Positions 45,391 through 56,129 are shown, counted from the stretch's first letter. The stretch: 64,000 bases of DNA from Candidatus Gorgyraea atricola (GCA_030765235.1 JAVCCW010000006.1:1789-65788); one strand, 5' to 3'. The notes: a model not told the origin generated them from the sequence alone. Program-made: numbers and translations.

Positions 45391-46308
45391 TTAGTTATAT
45401 GCTATGCCTTTTAGTTCTTCCACGTAGTGCTGGGCTGAGAATGCTGCTGTGGCGCCGTCTCCGCATGCAGTGATTACCTGGCGCAGGAGTTTTTTGCGGC
45501 AATCGCCACAGGCAAAGATCCCATTCTTAGAAGTCTTCATGTCATCATCTGCCAAGATGTAGCCAGGTTTATCTAATTTAACCAGGCCTTTAACAAAATC
45601 TGTATTTGGTATATAACCGACAAAGATAAAAACACCTTCGCATGAAATTTCAGAGCCTTTATCAGTCCTAACGCCCCGGACCCTATCGTCCCCTAAAATC
45701 TCAACAACATTTGATTCCCAGATAAATTCGATTTTTTTATTAGACAGCGCCCGCTCCTGGAGGATCTTTGTTGCCCTTAAACGATCGCGGCGATGCACCA
45801 CTTTAACCTTTTTAACGAATTTAGTAAGAAATATCGCCTCCTCTATAGAAGTATCCCCTCCGCCCACAAGCACTACTTCTTTATCCTTATAAAGCGCGCC
45901 GTCGCATGTAGCGCAATAAGAAACACCTTTTCCCTGAAATTTCTCCTCGCCAGCTACGCCTAACTTCTTTGGCCTTGCGCCAGACGCGACAATAACTGAA
46001 AAAGATGAAATTGGTTTACCTTCGACCTCAACCCTCCAACCCTTAGAATCCTTTTCTATTCTTTTCACGTTGCCAGTCCTAAGTTCTGTCCCAAATTTCT
46101 GAGCCTGTTTTTTAAATTTCTCTACCAGCTCAAACCCATTGACCCCATCTATAAAACCAGGATAATTTTCTATAGAGTCTGTAATTATTGCCTGGCCAGG
46201 CACTGAGAAGCTTTCTATTAATAATGTCTTCAGCCTCGCCCTGGAAGTATATAAAGCTGCGGTAAGACCAGCTGGCCCGCCGCCTATAATCACTATATCA
46301 TAATCCAT
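45391..46308 (-). CDS. trxB: Thioredoxin-disulfide reductase
   Basis: GGGPAG, CATCDG, GGGDTS motifs. Start placed at MDYDIVIIGGG, preceded by GGAGAAAGGTGA. Confidence 0.85.
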   Translation of the reverse strand: MDYDIVIIGGGPAGLTAALYTSRARLKTLLIESFSVPGQAIITDSIENYPGFIDGVNGFELVEKFKKQAQKFGTELRTGNVKRIEKDSKGWRVEVEGKPISSFSVIVASGARPKKLGVAGEEKFQGKGVSYCATCDGALYKDKEVVLVGGGDTSIEEAIFLTKFVKKVKVVHRRDRLRATKILQERALSNKKIEFIWESNVVEILGDDRVRGVRTDKGSEISCEGVFIFVGYIPNTDFVKGLVKLDKPGYILADDDMKTSKNGIFACGDCRKKLLRQVITACGDGATAAFSAQHYVEELKGIAYN

Positions 46309-46312
46309 AATA

Positions 46313-46942
46313 TCACCTTTCTCCAAAAATTTTTGTCCCCACTCTGACAATATTCGCGCCTTCTTCAATAGCTATTTTATAAGAATTGCTCATACCCATT
46401 GAAAGATACTTCAAAGTCTTTATTTTCTCGAATATCTTTTTTGTCTCAATAAAATACGGCCTTGCGTCTTCAGGGTCTCCAGATAAAGGCCCCATTGTCA
46501 TAAGGCCTACTACTTTTATATTCTTTAATTGCGAGACATTTTTTATTAACTCCTCTACATTTTCTGGAAAAACGCCGAATTTCTGTTTTTCCCTGCCGCT
46601 ATTTACTTCTATCAAAACAGGCATTATCTTTTTTTCCCTGGAACACGCCTTATCTAACTCCTCTGCAAGCTCCAGAGAATCAACTGTCTCTATCATATCA
46701 AAGATCCTTACAGCCTTTTTAATCTTATTTTTCTGTAGATGCCCGATAAAATGCCACTTTGCTTTATTGCCTATGACCTGGAATGCTGCTTCAGCCTCCT
46801 GCACATAATTCTCGCCTATGATCTTTACATCAGCATTAATTGCCTCAAGGATCTCTTCAGGCGTCCTTGTCTTGCACGCAGCCTCTAATTCCACGCCCTC
46901 TGGCAACTCCTGCAATATCTTTTCTACGTTTTCCTTAATCAT
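46313..46942 (-). CDS. yggS: YggS-family PLP-binding homeostasis protein
   Basis: TIM-barrel alanine-racemase-N fold; TKTRTPEEILE / KWHFIGHLQKNK motifs. Confidence 0.85.
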   Translation of the reverse strand: MIKENVEKILQELPEGVELEAACKTRTPEEILEAINADVKIIGENYVQEAEAAFQVIGNKAKWHFIGHLQKNKIKKAVRIFDMIETVDSLELAEELDKACSREKKIMPVLIEVNSGREKQKFGVFPENVEELIKNVSQLKNIKVVGLMTMGPLSGDPEDARPYFIETKKIFEKIKTLKYLSMGMSNSYKIAIEEGANIVRVGTKIFGER

Positions 46943-47648
46943 AAACTGAAACGACACTCATCCCATTGAAATGTAATTTTATGGCGTCTATCTCTTTTTT
47001 GGATAACGGCTTTATATCGCACGGCCTTAGGGGGGTATTTATCTGCACCTCGTCAGGATCTATATCCTTTGCTAATCTTGCAATCTCTTCAGCAAGGCCT
47101 TTATTTGCTTCTATAAACATGATCTGTAGGGCCAATTTACCTTTATATTTAGACTTGAATTCTTTTATGCCTTTTAATACTTTATTTAATTCTACCCCTT
47201 TTAGCGGCTGATTTATCTTAAGAAATAACTCCTTAGAAGGACTGTCCAGCTTTAACATTACAAAATCCGCAAGAGCCAAATCGTCCTGCACATCTTTTTT
47301 ATCAATTAATGAGGCGTTTGTTATAACTGCTGTCTTTTCATCTCTGATCTTTCTTATTTCTCTGATAACTTCTCCTAAATTCTTGGCAAGTGTGGGTTCG
47401 CCTCTTCCTGAAAAAGTAATATAATCTATTTCCAGAGGCGGAAAAGACTTTATCTCCCCTACAATCTCTTCTGTGGGAACAAAAATCTCCCTTTTATCGC
47501 TAAAAGTAGCTATCTTCCCGACCTGGCAATACACGCAATCAAATGTGCAGATTTTATCATCCCCGGAAATAAGATCCACCCCCAGTGATCTACCCAATCT
47601 CCATGAATCTACAGGCCCATAGATATATTTATATTTTTTATCTGTCAT
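46935..47648 (-). CDS. Radical SAM protein (uncharacterised family)
   Basis: CTFDCVYCQ CX3CX2C motif after GPVDSWRLGRSLGVDL. Confidence 0.65.
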   Translation of the reverse strand: MTDKKYKYIYGPVDSWRLGRSLGVDLISGDDKICTFDCVYCQVGKIATFSDKREIFVPTEEIVGEIKSFPPLEIDYITFSGRGEPTLAKNLGEVIREIRKIRDEKTAVITNASLIDKKDVQDDLALADFVMLKLDSPSKELFLKINQPLKGVELNKVLKGIKEFKSKYKGKLALQIMFIEANKGLAEEIARLAKDIDPDEVQINTPLRPCDIKPLSKKEIDAIKLHFNGMSVVSVYD

Positions 47649-47678
47649 ATTAGTTTAGATATTGCGCAATGGAGGGAG

Positions 47679-48272
47679 CTATCTCTCTATCCTTACCTCG
47701 TCATTCTTCTTAAATTCTACACCATGCCAATCAGACAGAATAGATGCCGTCGCGCTCGTCTCTTTTATCCTTGAGGCCTCTGCCTTGCCTATGAACTTAC
47801 CATCCCGATAGACCGATAAGATATCTCCTTTTTTAATATCATCGGCCGTCCCCAGATCTATCCTAAAACTATTCTTCCTAAGCGTTCTTGAGATCTTTCC
47901 ATTTTTCTTAACAATGATTTTATCCAGGTCTACACTATTTTTTTCTTTTATAGCCGCTGCGAGGCGCGTTTCTGCGTCATTTCTCAAGTTTTTTTCCTGC
48001 TGTAATTCTCCTGAGATGATCTCTATCTGCTGCTTTTTATTATCTAAGTCTATCTCTAATTTCCTTCTGACATCATTCGCATCAAATAATCTGCTTTGTA
48101 AAATATATGTCTCTTCAAGCGTAGTAATCAGTTTATCCTGCGTAAATATCCTTAACTTTCTCTCCTGCTCTTTAAATATATAAGAAGAGGCGCTCGTAAA
48201 GAGTAAAAAGATAAAAATGCCTGTCCATACTAATCTTGCCTTGACTGCGAATTTTAGATTTTCTCTTTTCAT
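47679..48272 (-). CDS. Hypothetical membrane-anchored coiled-coil protein
   Basis: N-terminal TM, central coiled coil. Confidence 0.4.
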   Translation of the reverse strand: MKRENLKFAVKARLVWTGIFIFLLFTSASSYIFKEQERKLRIFTQDKLITTLEETYILQSRLFDANDVRRKLEIDLDNKKQQIEIISGELQQEKNLRNDAETRLAAAIKEKNSVDLDKIIVKKNGKISRTLRKNSFRIDLGTADDIKKGDILSVYRDGKFIGKAEASRIKETSATASILSDWHGVEFKKNDEVRIER

Positions 48273-48287
48273 ATCAGCATCTCCTTT

Positions 48288-48836
48288 TTAAAATCTAGAG
48301 ACTATGACAAAAAACATGATTATGGCTATTATCACCTTGACCACTATTGAACCAACCCTGCCTACTACGCCTCCAAACCCGGCCTTAAGAGACTTCACGA
48401 GGTCCTTTTGTATGATCAGCTCTACCAGAAATGCGCCGAGAAAGATCCCGAGGAATGTGCCCAGCAAAAGCCCTATGCCTAACAATGGAGCGCCTACAAC
48501 TGCGCCCACTATACCTCCGACAATAGCGCCAATAACAGCAGCATTTGAAGCGCCAAATTTCTTGCTGCCAATTATTATAAAGAGATATTCCGATACCTCG
48601 CCGCATAGATAGAGCGTCAGAAGTATTATAAGTGCTCTTATATCCAGGATTAAAAAATCAGTAAGGAAGGAATAAAGAATGGCGCCCATAAGTATTATGA
48701 GCGTTCCGAATGTGGTGAAAAAAATGGCTGCAAAACCGATCAAGCCAGATATGACTAAAATTGCAATAGCCAGGATCTCCATAATCGCCCTTCTTTCTAT
48801 TAGGGATATGATACTACTCCAGGGCCATGAAGACAA
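48288..48836 (-). CDS. DUF456-family membrane protein
   Basis: Gly-rich TM helices; likely start at internal MEILAIA. Confidence 0.45.
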   Translation of the reverse strand: MSSWPWSSIISLIERRAIMEILAIAILVISGLIGFAAIFFTTFGTLIILMGAILYSFLTDFLILDIRALIILLTLYLCGEVSEYLFIIIGSKKFGASNAAVIGAIVGGIVGAVVGAPLLGIGLLLGTFLGIFLGAFLVELIIQKDLVKSLKAGFGGVVGRVGSIVVKVIIAIIMFFVIVSRF

Positions 48837-48855
48837 CCTTAAAGATTCTTCTCTT

Positions 48856-49833
48856 TTAACTTACCTTATCCTTCTCATCGTAGATCTCGCCAAAGAGTTC
48901 TTCCAATACATCTTCCATGGAGACAATGCCGATGTTGAGCTTCTCCTTATCCTGCACAATAAAAAGATGTTGGTGATAAGCCTGGAACTTTGTCAAGAGA
49001 TCATCTGCCTTCTCATTTTCATTTACAAAAATGGGGCGCGACATAAAATCTTTTATCCGCGCTTCGTAATTATCTTTTGCGATCTCTCTTAAGAGCACCC
49101 TCTGCTGGCATATGCCTATTATATTCGATACATCTTTGTTATATACAGCGATCCTGCTATATTGAGAATTAAGTATGGAATCCTTTGCCTCTATAAGTTT
49201 TTCCTCGCCAGGCAATGCATAGATCTGGTCTATTGGCTTCATTATGTGTGCTGCCCTCATATCATTGAGCTTAAACACCTTATTGCAAAGCTTTTCCTCA
49301 TCCACCTCTACTGTGCCAGCGTCCCTGCCAAGCCGAAGCATTGCCTTTATCTCTTCCTCAGTTACCTTAGGCACTGTTGATTTTTTTCTGGCCATACCTG
49401 TTGCCACTATCAATGTCTGTATGAGTGGGCTCAAGACCCAGATAGTACCTCTTAGAATCTTTGCGGTTGAAAGAGAGACCCTGACTTTATAATATTCGCC
49501 TATGGTCTTGGGTATGACTTCTGATATGACAATAATCAAAAATGTAAGAACTGCCGAGATTACAGCAAGCCACTCATTGCCAAAGATCTTTAATGCCCCA
49601 CGGCCCACGAATATCGCGCCCACGATGTTCACTGAATTATTCAATACAACAATGGTCGCGATCGCAATATGGATATTCTCTTTTATAAAAAGAAGGTCTT
49701 TCGAGCCCTTGCGTTTTTTATCAAATAAGATCCTGGCCTTTACAAGCGGCAGGCTCAAGATCGCTGCCTCTACCATAGAGCAAAGACCTGATGCAAAAAG
49801 TATGCCTATAATTAAAATGATGAGTTTCAACAT
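48856..49833 (-). CDS. CNNM/DUF21 + CBS-pair membrane protein (hemolysin/CorC family)
   Basis: 4-TM DUF21 domain followed by two CBS motifs. Confidence 0.75.
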   Translation of the reverse strand: MLKLIILIIGILFASGLCSMVEAAILSLPLVKARILFDKKRKGSKDLLFIKENIHIAIATIVVLNNSVNIVGAIFVGRGALKIFGNEWLAVISAVLTFLIIVISEVIPKTIGEYYKVRVSLSTAKILRGTIWVLSPLIQTLIVATGMARKKSTVPKVTEEEIKAMLRLGRDAGTVEVDEEKLCNKVFKLNDMRAAHIMKPIDQIYALPGEEKLIEAKDSILNSQYSRIAVYNKDVSNIIGICQQRVLLREIAKDNYEARIKDFMSRPIFVNENEKADDLLTKFQAYHQHLFIVQDKEKLNIGIVSMEDVLEELFGEIYDEKDKVS

Positions 49834-50399
49834 ATTGCCTTTAGAATATCAGCGCCTATTTTTTCAAACAACTCTTTCAACTTTGCCATTGGCAGGCCCA
49901 GGACATTAAAATATGATCCTTTAATGTCGTCAAATATAAATGAGCCTACGCCCTCTATTGAAAAACCTCCTGCCTTGTCATATGGTCCGAGTAATTTGAA
50001 AAATCTTGAGATCTCAGCTGGCCGAATCTTTTTCACTGTTACCTTTGATCTTTCATAACCAGAGATCATCTTTTTTCTTTTAGAATCAATAACGCAAAGC
50101 CCAGTGTATACGGAAATAGTCTTGCCTGACATTGCCTTTAGCATGCTTTTTGCATGAGCGGCATTGTGCGGCTTACCTATGATCTTCTTGCCCAGTAGTA
50201 CAACTGTATCCGCGCCTATTATATAACCTGATTTTTTTATGCTTTGCGCTTTTAGGCAGGCATTTTTTATTGCAATAGCACTCGGGAGCTTCCCTTTCAT
50301 ACTTTCCCTGGCTGAGCTCACAATAACCCTGTGCCTTATCCTACATGAGGAAAGTATTGCTGACCGCCTTTTAGATTTCGACGCTAAGATAATATCCAT
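49827..50399 (-). CDS. maf: Maf-family nucleoside-triphosphate pyrophosphatase
   Basis: ILASKSKRR N-terminus and family length. Confidence 0.85.
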   Translation of the reverse strand: MDIILASKSKRRSAILSSCRIRHRVIVSSARESMKGKLPSAIAIKNACLKAQSIKKSGYIIGADTVVLLGKKIIGKPHNAAHAKSMLKAMSGKTISVYTGLCVIDSKRKKMISGYERSKVTVKKIRPAEISRFFKLLGPYDKAGGFSIEGVGSFIFDDIKGSYFNVLGLPMAKLKELFEKIGADILKAIC

Positions 50400-50403
50400 A
50401 TAA

Positions 50404-51159
50404 TTAGAAAATATAGCCGATAAGTTTATATATAAGCTTGGCTGCTGTGAAGTCTGGGGCTATCATGTCTTTTATTGGAGAAAGTTCGACTACATCAATG
50501 CCTACTATATTTTTATCTTTTACAATACTGCGGATGTCCTTTAGGAATTCATGCCAGAGCATGCCGCCTGGTTCTGGATTGCCTACAGATGGCATGATCG
50601 ATGGATCCAGCACATCAAGGTCTATGCTTATATAGACATTATTGGAAAGGCTGCCTTTTAATTTAAAATCATGCTCCTCTTTACTTAAGCTTCTCACGCC
50701 TTTCTCGACAACTGGCGCTATCTCTGTAAGCCGCCTTGCAACACAGGCATGGCTATACTTATTGCCCTCGTAAGAATCTCTTAAATCAGCATGCGCATCA
50801 AAATATAAGACTGATAGATCGCTATATTTTTTCTTTGCTGCTCTTACTGCGCCTATAGTAACTGTATGCTCCCCGCCTATTACAACAGGGAATTTATTCT
50901 GTGTAAAGAGCTCTGAAACCTTTTTCTCTACTTCATTGATCATTGCCTCTGGCTTCAGGCCTTCTACTTTAAGCGGATCCATGGCACTAATGCCAATGGT
51001 ATGCGTTTCTTTATCTAATTCATCATCAAAAAGTTCCAGATTATCTAATGCGCTAAGTATGGCAGCTGGCCCCTTTTCTGTTCCTTTTCTGTAACTTACA
51101 GTCTTGCCATACGGAACAGGTAAAAGCGCGACCTTTGATTTTTCAAATGATGACAGCAT
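50404..51159 (-). CDS. speB: Agmatinase (arginase family)
   Basis: Mn ligands in GGEHT, FDAHADL, SIDLDVLDP motifs. Confidence 0.85.
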   Translation of the reverse strand: MLSSFEKSKVALLPVPYGKTVSYRKGTEKGPAAILSALDNLELFDDELDKETHTIGISAMDPLKVEGLKPEAMINEVEKKVSELFTQNKFPVVIGGEHTVTIGAVRAAKKKYSDLSVLYFDAHADLRDSYEGNKYSHACVARRLTEIAPVVEKGVRSLSKEEHDFKLKGSLSNNVYISIDLDVLDPSIMPSVGNPEPGGMLWHEFLKDIRSIVKDKNIVGIDVVELSPIKDMIAPDFTAAKLIYKLIGYIF

Positions 51160-51161
51160 CT

Positions 51162-52130
51162 CTATTTACTCTCCAACACATACTGAAATATAAGCGGCGC
51201 AACAATACTCGCGTCTGACTCTATCACAAACTTGGGTGTATCAATGCCTAATTTTTCCCAGGTAATCTTTTCATTCGGCACTGCGCCGCTGTATGAGCCG
51301 TACGACGTAGTACTGTCGCTGATCTGGCAAAAATATCCCCAGATCTTGCACTCTGTCCCAAGGTCCTGCCTTATTAGGGGCACTACACATATTGAAAAAT
51401 CTCCTGCAATGCCTCCGCCTATCTGGAAAAATCCAATTGAATGGTTTCTTGTATTTTCCAAATACCAATCAATCAAAAAATTCATCTGCTCCAGGCCGCT
51501 TTTTATAAAATCTAGATTCTTAAACCTGCCAGCCTTGTATTCCGCGACTACGCCATTTGCCAGAGTAGAATCCTCCCACCCAGGAGTAAAAATAGGTATA
51601 TCTTTTTCGCACGCGGCAACCACCCAGCTATCTTTTGGATCGATCTCATAAAATTCTTCCAACTCTCCGCTGCGTATAAGCTCATAAAAATACTCGAATG
51701 GAAATAGCCGCGCGCCCTGCTTATGCGCCTCCTCCCATATAGGATAGAGCTTACTGGCTAATCTGCGTATTGCCTCTTCTTCTGGAATACAAGTATCAGT
51801 GACTCTATTAAGGTGTTTGTTCCTGAGTTCCAGTTCCTCTTGCGGTGTGAGTTCTCTATAATTAGGTATTCTTTTGTAATGGGAATGTGCGACCAGGTTA
51901 AAAAGATCCTCTTCAAGATTCGCTGCAGTGCAGGATATACCATGGATCTTATCCTGCCTTATCATCTCAGCCAGAGTTATGCCTATCTCGCCTGTACTCA
52001 AGGCTCCTGCCATGGCAAGAAACATCTTATTGCCGTTTTTGACATAGTCTACCCAGCCCTGAGCAGCATCCACTATAACAGCTGCATTAAAATGCCTAAA
52101 ATTCTTCTCAATAAATTCTTTAATACTCAT
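51162..52130 (-). CDS. Deoxyhypusine-synthase-like protein (homospermidine-synthase-like)
   Basis: DHS-family motifs (GGIAGDF...VVP) and length of 322 aa. Confidence 0.75.
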   Translation of the reverse strand: MSIKEFIEKNFRHFNAAVIVDAAQGWVDYVKNGNKMFLAMAGALSTGEIGITLAEMIRQDKIHGISCTAANLEEDLFNLVAHSHYKRIPNYRELTPQEELELRNKHLNRVTDTCIPEEEAIRRLASKLYPIWEEAHKQGARLFPFEYFYELIRSGELEEFYEIDPKDSWVVAACEKDIPIFTPGWEDSTLANGVVAEYKAGRFKNLDFIKSGLEQMNFLIDWYLENTRNHSIGFFQIGGGIAGDFSICVVPLIRQDLGTECKIWGYFCQISDSTTSYGSYSGAVPNEKITWEKLGIDTPKFVIESDASIVAPLIFQYVLESK

Positions 52131-52137
52131 ATCGATC

Positions 52138-53784
52138 TTAGTATAACACCCTGTTTTTGGATAAACAAGGTAAAAAAAGTATAGTGCCTACATCATATAA
52201 TGGGCCATTGTATAGCTCTATGATGCCTTTTCCTGATTTTCTTATAAAATCACGGATCGACTTATTCTCGAGCTTGCCTACAAAAAATACTACCTTATCA
52301 GTCACGCCAGATGAACCGCCTATAAAACCTGTTTTATAACCTGGTAATTTTACATGGCCAGATTTTACGAATAAGGAGTTTTTCCAAAGCTCTTTAATGC
52401 CTTTGTCTGAGGTAATAATGCGATCTTTATCAACTGGTACAATCGAACACTTTGCGTAACCCTGGTTTACTAAGACATGCTTGGCTTTTAAGCTTTTAAT
52501 ATTCTTCTCGATCTTTCCTTTATAATGGATTATATGGTAATTTATGCTACAGGCATTGTAGATTATGTCTTTTGGATATTTTGAAAACGTAATCGGCTCG
52601 CCTTTTATGCAGTTATAGCCATTTTGCCTTAAGAGTCCTGCAATCTTTTCCAAACTCGGCTCGTAAATGATCTTATTGCCATGTTTAAAAAGCATCATAT
52701 CCACATGGCCAGCTACTGGCTTTGCAAGTTTTTTATGCAAAGGGACTTCAGCGACATGGAAATTTAATCTTTTTAACTTATCTTTAGCTTTTCTAGGCAT
52801 TTTCGGATCTATAATGGCTATATTTCTCCTTGCATCCCTTATCTTCCCCCATCCTCCCTTATCTTCCCTTATCACAATCTTCACACTAAAATACTTCTCT
52901 AAAAATTTCTTCTCCGTTCCTTTATGCCCTGAGACAAGACTAAACATATTTTCTGGAACATGGATCTCTATACAAGACCGATTCGCAACGAATCTATCCT
53001 TAACTGCTCGAATTATCCTATTCCGCATCTGTCTTGCCCTTACCATCTCGCCAAATGCTGGATGATATGGTCCTGCGAGCATGGTCTTTTTTGAGCCAAG
53101 ATCTTTTGAAGGATGTAGACCTATGCGTATGACCTTTACGCCTCCAGATTCAAATATATCAGCGACTTTAGCTGCCTGGTCAATTGCCTTCTCCAATGTA
53201 AGAGGCTTGTACTTCATTTTAGCGAGCTCTGTGCCCTTTATAACAAGTGTGGGATAGATGCGCGCGGTTTCAGGTTTTAACTTAGTAAGTTTCTTAGCAG
53301 TTTCTATGGATTTTTCAAGCGTATCCCCTGGCAAACCCAGCATTACCTGCACGCCTAACTTAAGTCCTGCCTTCTTAATGCATTTGACTGCGTTTCGAAC
53401 ATCGCCCTCTCGTTTTATCTTTTTTAAAACGCCTTTATCCAGCGACTGTATTCCTAATTCAACTATTCTCCCGCCTTTTTTCTTAAACATCTTCATTGCC
53501 TTTAAACTAATTGATGCAGGATGCGTGGACATACGAAGAGTATGAGGCTTAGCAGCGTCGAGGTAGCGTTCTTGAACCCTCTCAGGCAAAAACGTAAACG
53601 TGCCACCAAAAAATGCCACCTCTACATCTTCTTCTTTAGGAATAGTCTTGAGATTCCGCTTGATTATAGATTTGACTTCTTCAGCGGTAGGCATCCTAAC
53701 AACCCCAGAAATCCTATGCTGGTCACAATATACGCACTTATACGGACACCCTGCGTGAGGAATAAAGATAGGAATGATTTTCAT
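52138..53784 (-). CDS. Radical SAM protein (ELP3/TIGR01211-like N-terminal domain) with uncharacterised C-terminal domain
   Basis: FIPHAGCPYKCVYCDQ cluster motif; ~250-aa C-terminal extension. Contains a low-complexity REDKGGWGKIRD insert encoded by the CCCTTATCTTCCC direct repeat (52836-52873). Confidence 0.6.
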   Translation of the reverse strand: MKIIPIFIPHAGCPYKCVYCDQHRISGVVRMPTAEEVKSIIKRNLKTIPKEEDVEVAFFGGTFTFLPERVQERYLDAAKPHTLRMSTHPASISLKAMKMFKKKGGRIVELGIQSLDKGVLKKIKREGDVRNAVKCIKKAGLKLGVQVMLGLPGDTLEKSIETAKKLTKLKPETARIYPTLVIKGTELAKMKYKPLTLEKAIDQAAKVADIFESGGVKVIRIGLHPSKDLGSKKTMLAGPYHPAFGEMVRARQMRNRIIRAVKDRFVANRSCIEIHVPENMFSLVSGHKGTEKKFLEKYFSVKIVIREDKGGWGKIRDARRNIAIIDPKMPRKAKDKLKRLNFHVAEVPLHKKLAKPVAGHVDMMLFKHGNKIIYEPSLEKIAGLLRQNGYNCIKGEPITFSKYPKDIIYNACSINYHIIHYKGKIEKNIKSLKAKHVLVNQGYAKCSIVPVDKDRIITSDKGIKELWKNSLFVKSGHVKLPGYKTGFIGGSSGVTDKVVFFVGKLENKSIRDFIRKSGKGIIELYNGPLYDVGTILFLPCLSKNRVLY

Positions 53785-53789
53785 CGAGG

Positions 53790-54047
53790 CTATTTTTTAT
53801 TATGGAATAAAATGGTAACTAGAAGTACTATGCTGAACATGGAAAGATTAGCTATGGCAAATACTTTCCAGACTAAAAAATCACTCTTTAGTCCGGATGG
53901 AAACATTGCTAAAAGGCATGCCCATATTCCTATGGCCCAGGCGATGCTAATGTCTTTTGAGGAGCGCCGTTTTATTATGCGCATAATAAGCGGGATGTTC
54001 CAGAGAGGCATAACTATTGAGGCGATTAAGGCAATTTTATCTATCAT
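53790..54047 (-). CDS. Small membrane protein
   Basis: 85 aa, three hydrophobic segments. Confidence 0.35.
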   Translation of the reverse strand: MIDKIALIASIVMPLWNIPLIMRIIKRRSSKDISIAWAIGIWACLLAMFPSGLKSDFLVWKVFAIANLSMFSIVLLVTILFHNKK

Positions 54048-55021
54048 TATGCCTTTCCAGCACTGCCTAGTACGTGTTCGTTTTTGTGCTTGTACATCTT
54101 TACTAATTCTGTGCGCGCGGGACCGAGGTATTTGCGCGGGTCGAATTCCTTTGGAGAATTAACAAAGACTTCCCGTATCTTTGCTGTTACTACAAGACGG
54201 CCGTCAGTGTCTATGTTAATCTTGCACACTGCTGACTGTGTAGCCTTTCTAAGCTGATCTTCAGGCACGCCTGCAGTTTGTTCGAGTTTTCCACCATATT
54301 TATTTATAAGGTCTACGTACTCCTTAGGTACAGAGCTTGAACCATGCAGGACTATAGAAAATCCCGGTATTATTTTTTCGATTTCTTCTAATATGTCAAA
54401 TCTTAAAGGCGGGACACTTTCGCCAGGCTTAAGCTTGAATTTATACGCACCGTGCGAAGTGCCTATGGAAATAGCAAGAGAGTCCACGCCTGTTTTTTTA
54501 ACAAATTCCTGCACCTCTTCCGGGTGCGTGTAGTGCGATTTTTCATGGCTCACTTCATCTTCTATGCCAGCCAAGACCCCAAGCTCGCCCTCGACTGTAA
54601 CATCATGCTTGTGAGCATAATCTACCACTTTCTTGGTAAGGGCTGCGTTTTCCTCAAAGGGCTTACTTGAACCATCTATCATGACTGATGAAAAACCTGA
54701 CTCTATACACGAAACGCATAGCTCATACGTATCGCCATGATCCAAATGAAGCGCAACAGGTATATTAGAGCCAGCGTCCTTTATTATCTCCATGGCCCCC
54801 ATTGCCATATGCCGCAATAGGATCTGATTCGCGTATTTTCTCGCGCCTGAGGAAACCTGCAAAATCACAGGAGACTTTGATTCGATGCACGCAGTAATTA
54901 TGGCCTGAAGCTGCTCCATATTGTTGAAATTATACGCTGGAATAGCATACTTCCCAGCCATTGCCTTCTTAAACATCTCTCTTGTATTAACTAGTCCTAA
55001 TTCCTTATACGAAGTCGCCAT
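54047..55021 (-). CDS. fba: Class II fructose-1,6-bisphosphate aldolase
   Basis: Zn ligands LHLDHG / SIGTSHGAYK / VLHGSS. Confidence 0.9.
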   Translation of the reverse strand: MATSYKELGLVNTREMFKKAMAGKYAIPAYNFNNMEQLQAIITACIESKSPVILQVSSGARKYANQILLRHMAMGAMEIIKDAGSNIPVALHLDHGDTYELCVSCIESGFSSVMIDGSSKPFEENAALTKKVVDYAHKHDVTVEGELGVLAGIEDEVSHEKSHYTHPEEVQEFVKKTGVDSLAISIGTSHGAYKFKLKPGESVPPLRFDILEEIEKIIPGFSIVLHGSSSVPKEYVDLINKYGGKLEQTAGVPEDQLRKATQSAVCKINIDTDGRLVVTAKIREVFVNSPKEFDPRKYLGPARTELVKMYKHKNEHVLGSAGKA

Positions 55022-55066
55022 TTCGTTCCCCCTTTTATTCGAAAACGTATTATAACATCTAATCTA

Positions 55067-56083
55067 TTATTGTAAACTCTTTTCAGTAAATTTGATGATG
55101 TCATTCATCATCCTTACTGATTCCACAGGATGCCTGCCCACGGCTGTCTCAGCCGAGAGCATGACAAAATCCGTGCCGTCCATTATCGCATTTGCCACAT
55201 CAGCCACCTCTGCCCTTGTAGGCCGCAGATGCTCGGTCATGCTCTCCAGCATCTGAGTAGCAGTTATGACGAATTTTTTCTTTTTATTGCATTTTTTAAT
55301 AATCTTCTTCTGAATTACAGGAACTTCATATATCGGCACTGAAACCCCCATATCGCCCCGCGCTATCATTATGCCGTCTGAGACATCAATGATCTCGTCG
55401 ACGTTCCTGATCCCTTCGCGGTTCTCGATCTTTGCAATAATCTTACATGAAGGCAATGCGTGCCTGACTCTCTTTTTAACCTCCAGAATATCTTTTTTAG
55501 TCCTTACAAAAGACTGCGCAATATAATCAACGCCCGATTCTATTCCAAAATCAATATCTTTTTTGTCCTTTTCGCTTATCTTTGGAAAAGCCAGTCTGGC
55601 TCCTGGCATGTTTATACCTTTATGCTCCTTTAATATGCCTCCGATAACAACCTCTGTCTTGATCCTTCTGCCCTCAACAGCCTTTATCTTAAGGATAATT
55701 GTACCATCATCAATATATATAGACTCGGCTCCTTTAATGCCATTTAACGGGCCGCTATAATCAAGCGGGATCACATTATCATGTTCATGAACGTCTTTTT
55801 GGGAAAACCATATGATCTGTCTCTTTTTAATGATCACCGGCCTATGGGCCTTTAATCTCCCAATCCTTATTCTTGGCCCTTCAAGATCTTGCAATATCTT
55901 AACGTGACGCCTGTATTTTTTATTTACCCTTCTAACGAGATTAACGCAGATCAAATGACTCTGCGAATTACCATGTGAAAAATTAAGACGCACCACATCC
56001 ATACCACCAAGCATCATTTTCCTCATCACAGTCTCGCTCGAACTGGAAGGCCCGAGAGTACAGATTATTTTTGTCTTTACCAT
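55067..56083 (-). CDS. pyk: Pyruvate kinase lacking the C-terminal domain
   Basis: [37 protein letters not shown] motifs; only 338 aa. Confidence 0.85.
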   Translation of the reverse strand: MVKTKIICTLGPSSSSETVMRKMMLGGMDVVRLNFSHGNSQSHLICVNLVRRVNKKYRRHVKILQDLEGPRIRIGRLKAHRPVIIKKRQIIWFSQKDVHEHDNVIPLDYSGPLNGIKGAESIYIDDGTIILKIKAVEGRRIKTEVVIGGILKEHKGINMPGARLAFPKISEKDKKDIDFGIESGVDYIAQSFVRTKKDILEVKKRVRHALPSCKIIAKIENREGIRNVDEIIDVSDGIMIARGDMGVSVPIYEVPVIQKKIIKKCNKKKKFVITATQMLESMTEHLRPTRAEVADVANAIMDGTDFVMLSAETAVGRHPVESVRMMNDIIKFTEKSLQ

Positions 56084-56129
56084 TATTTCCTTTATTTTCT
56101 TCTTTGTCTATGTTATTATATATTATACT

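Noticed and set aside
48385-48606. 73-aa Arg/Cys-rich ORF inside the DUF456 gene (same strand, different frame)
   Set aside because: Completely nested in a membrane-protein gene. The composition reflects the Gly/Ala-rich codons of the host frame.
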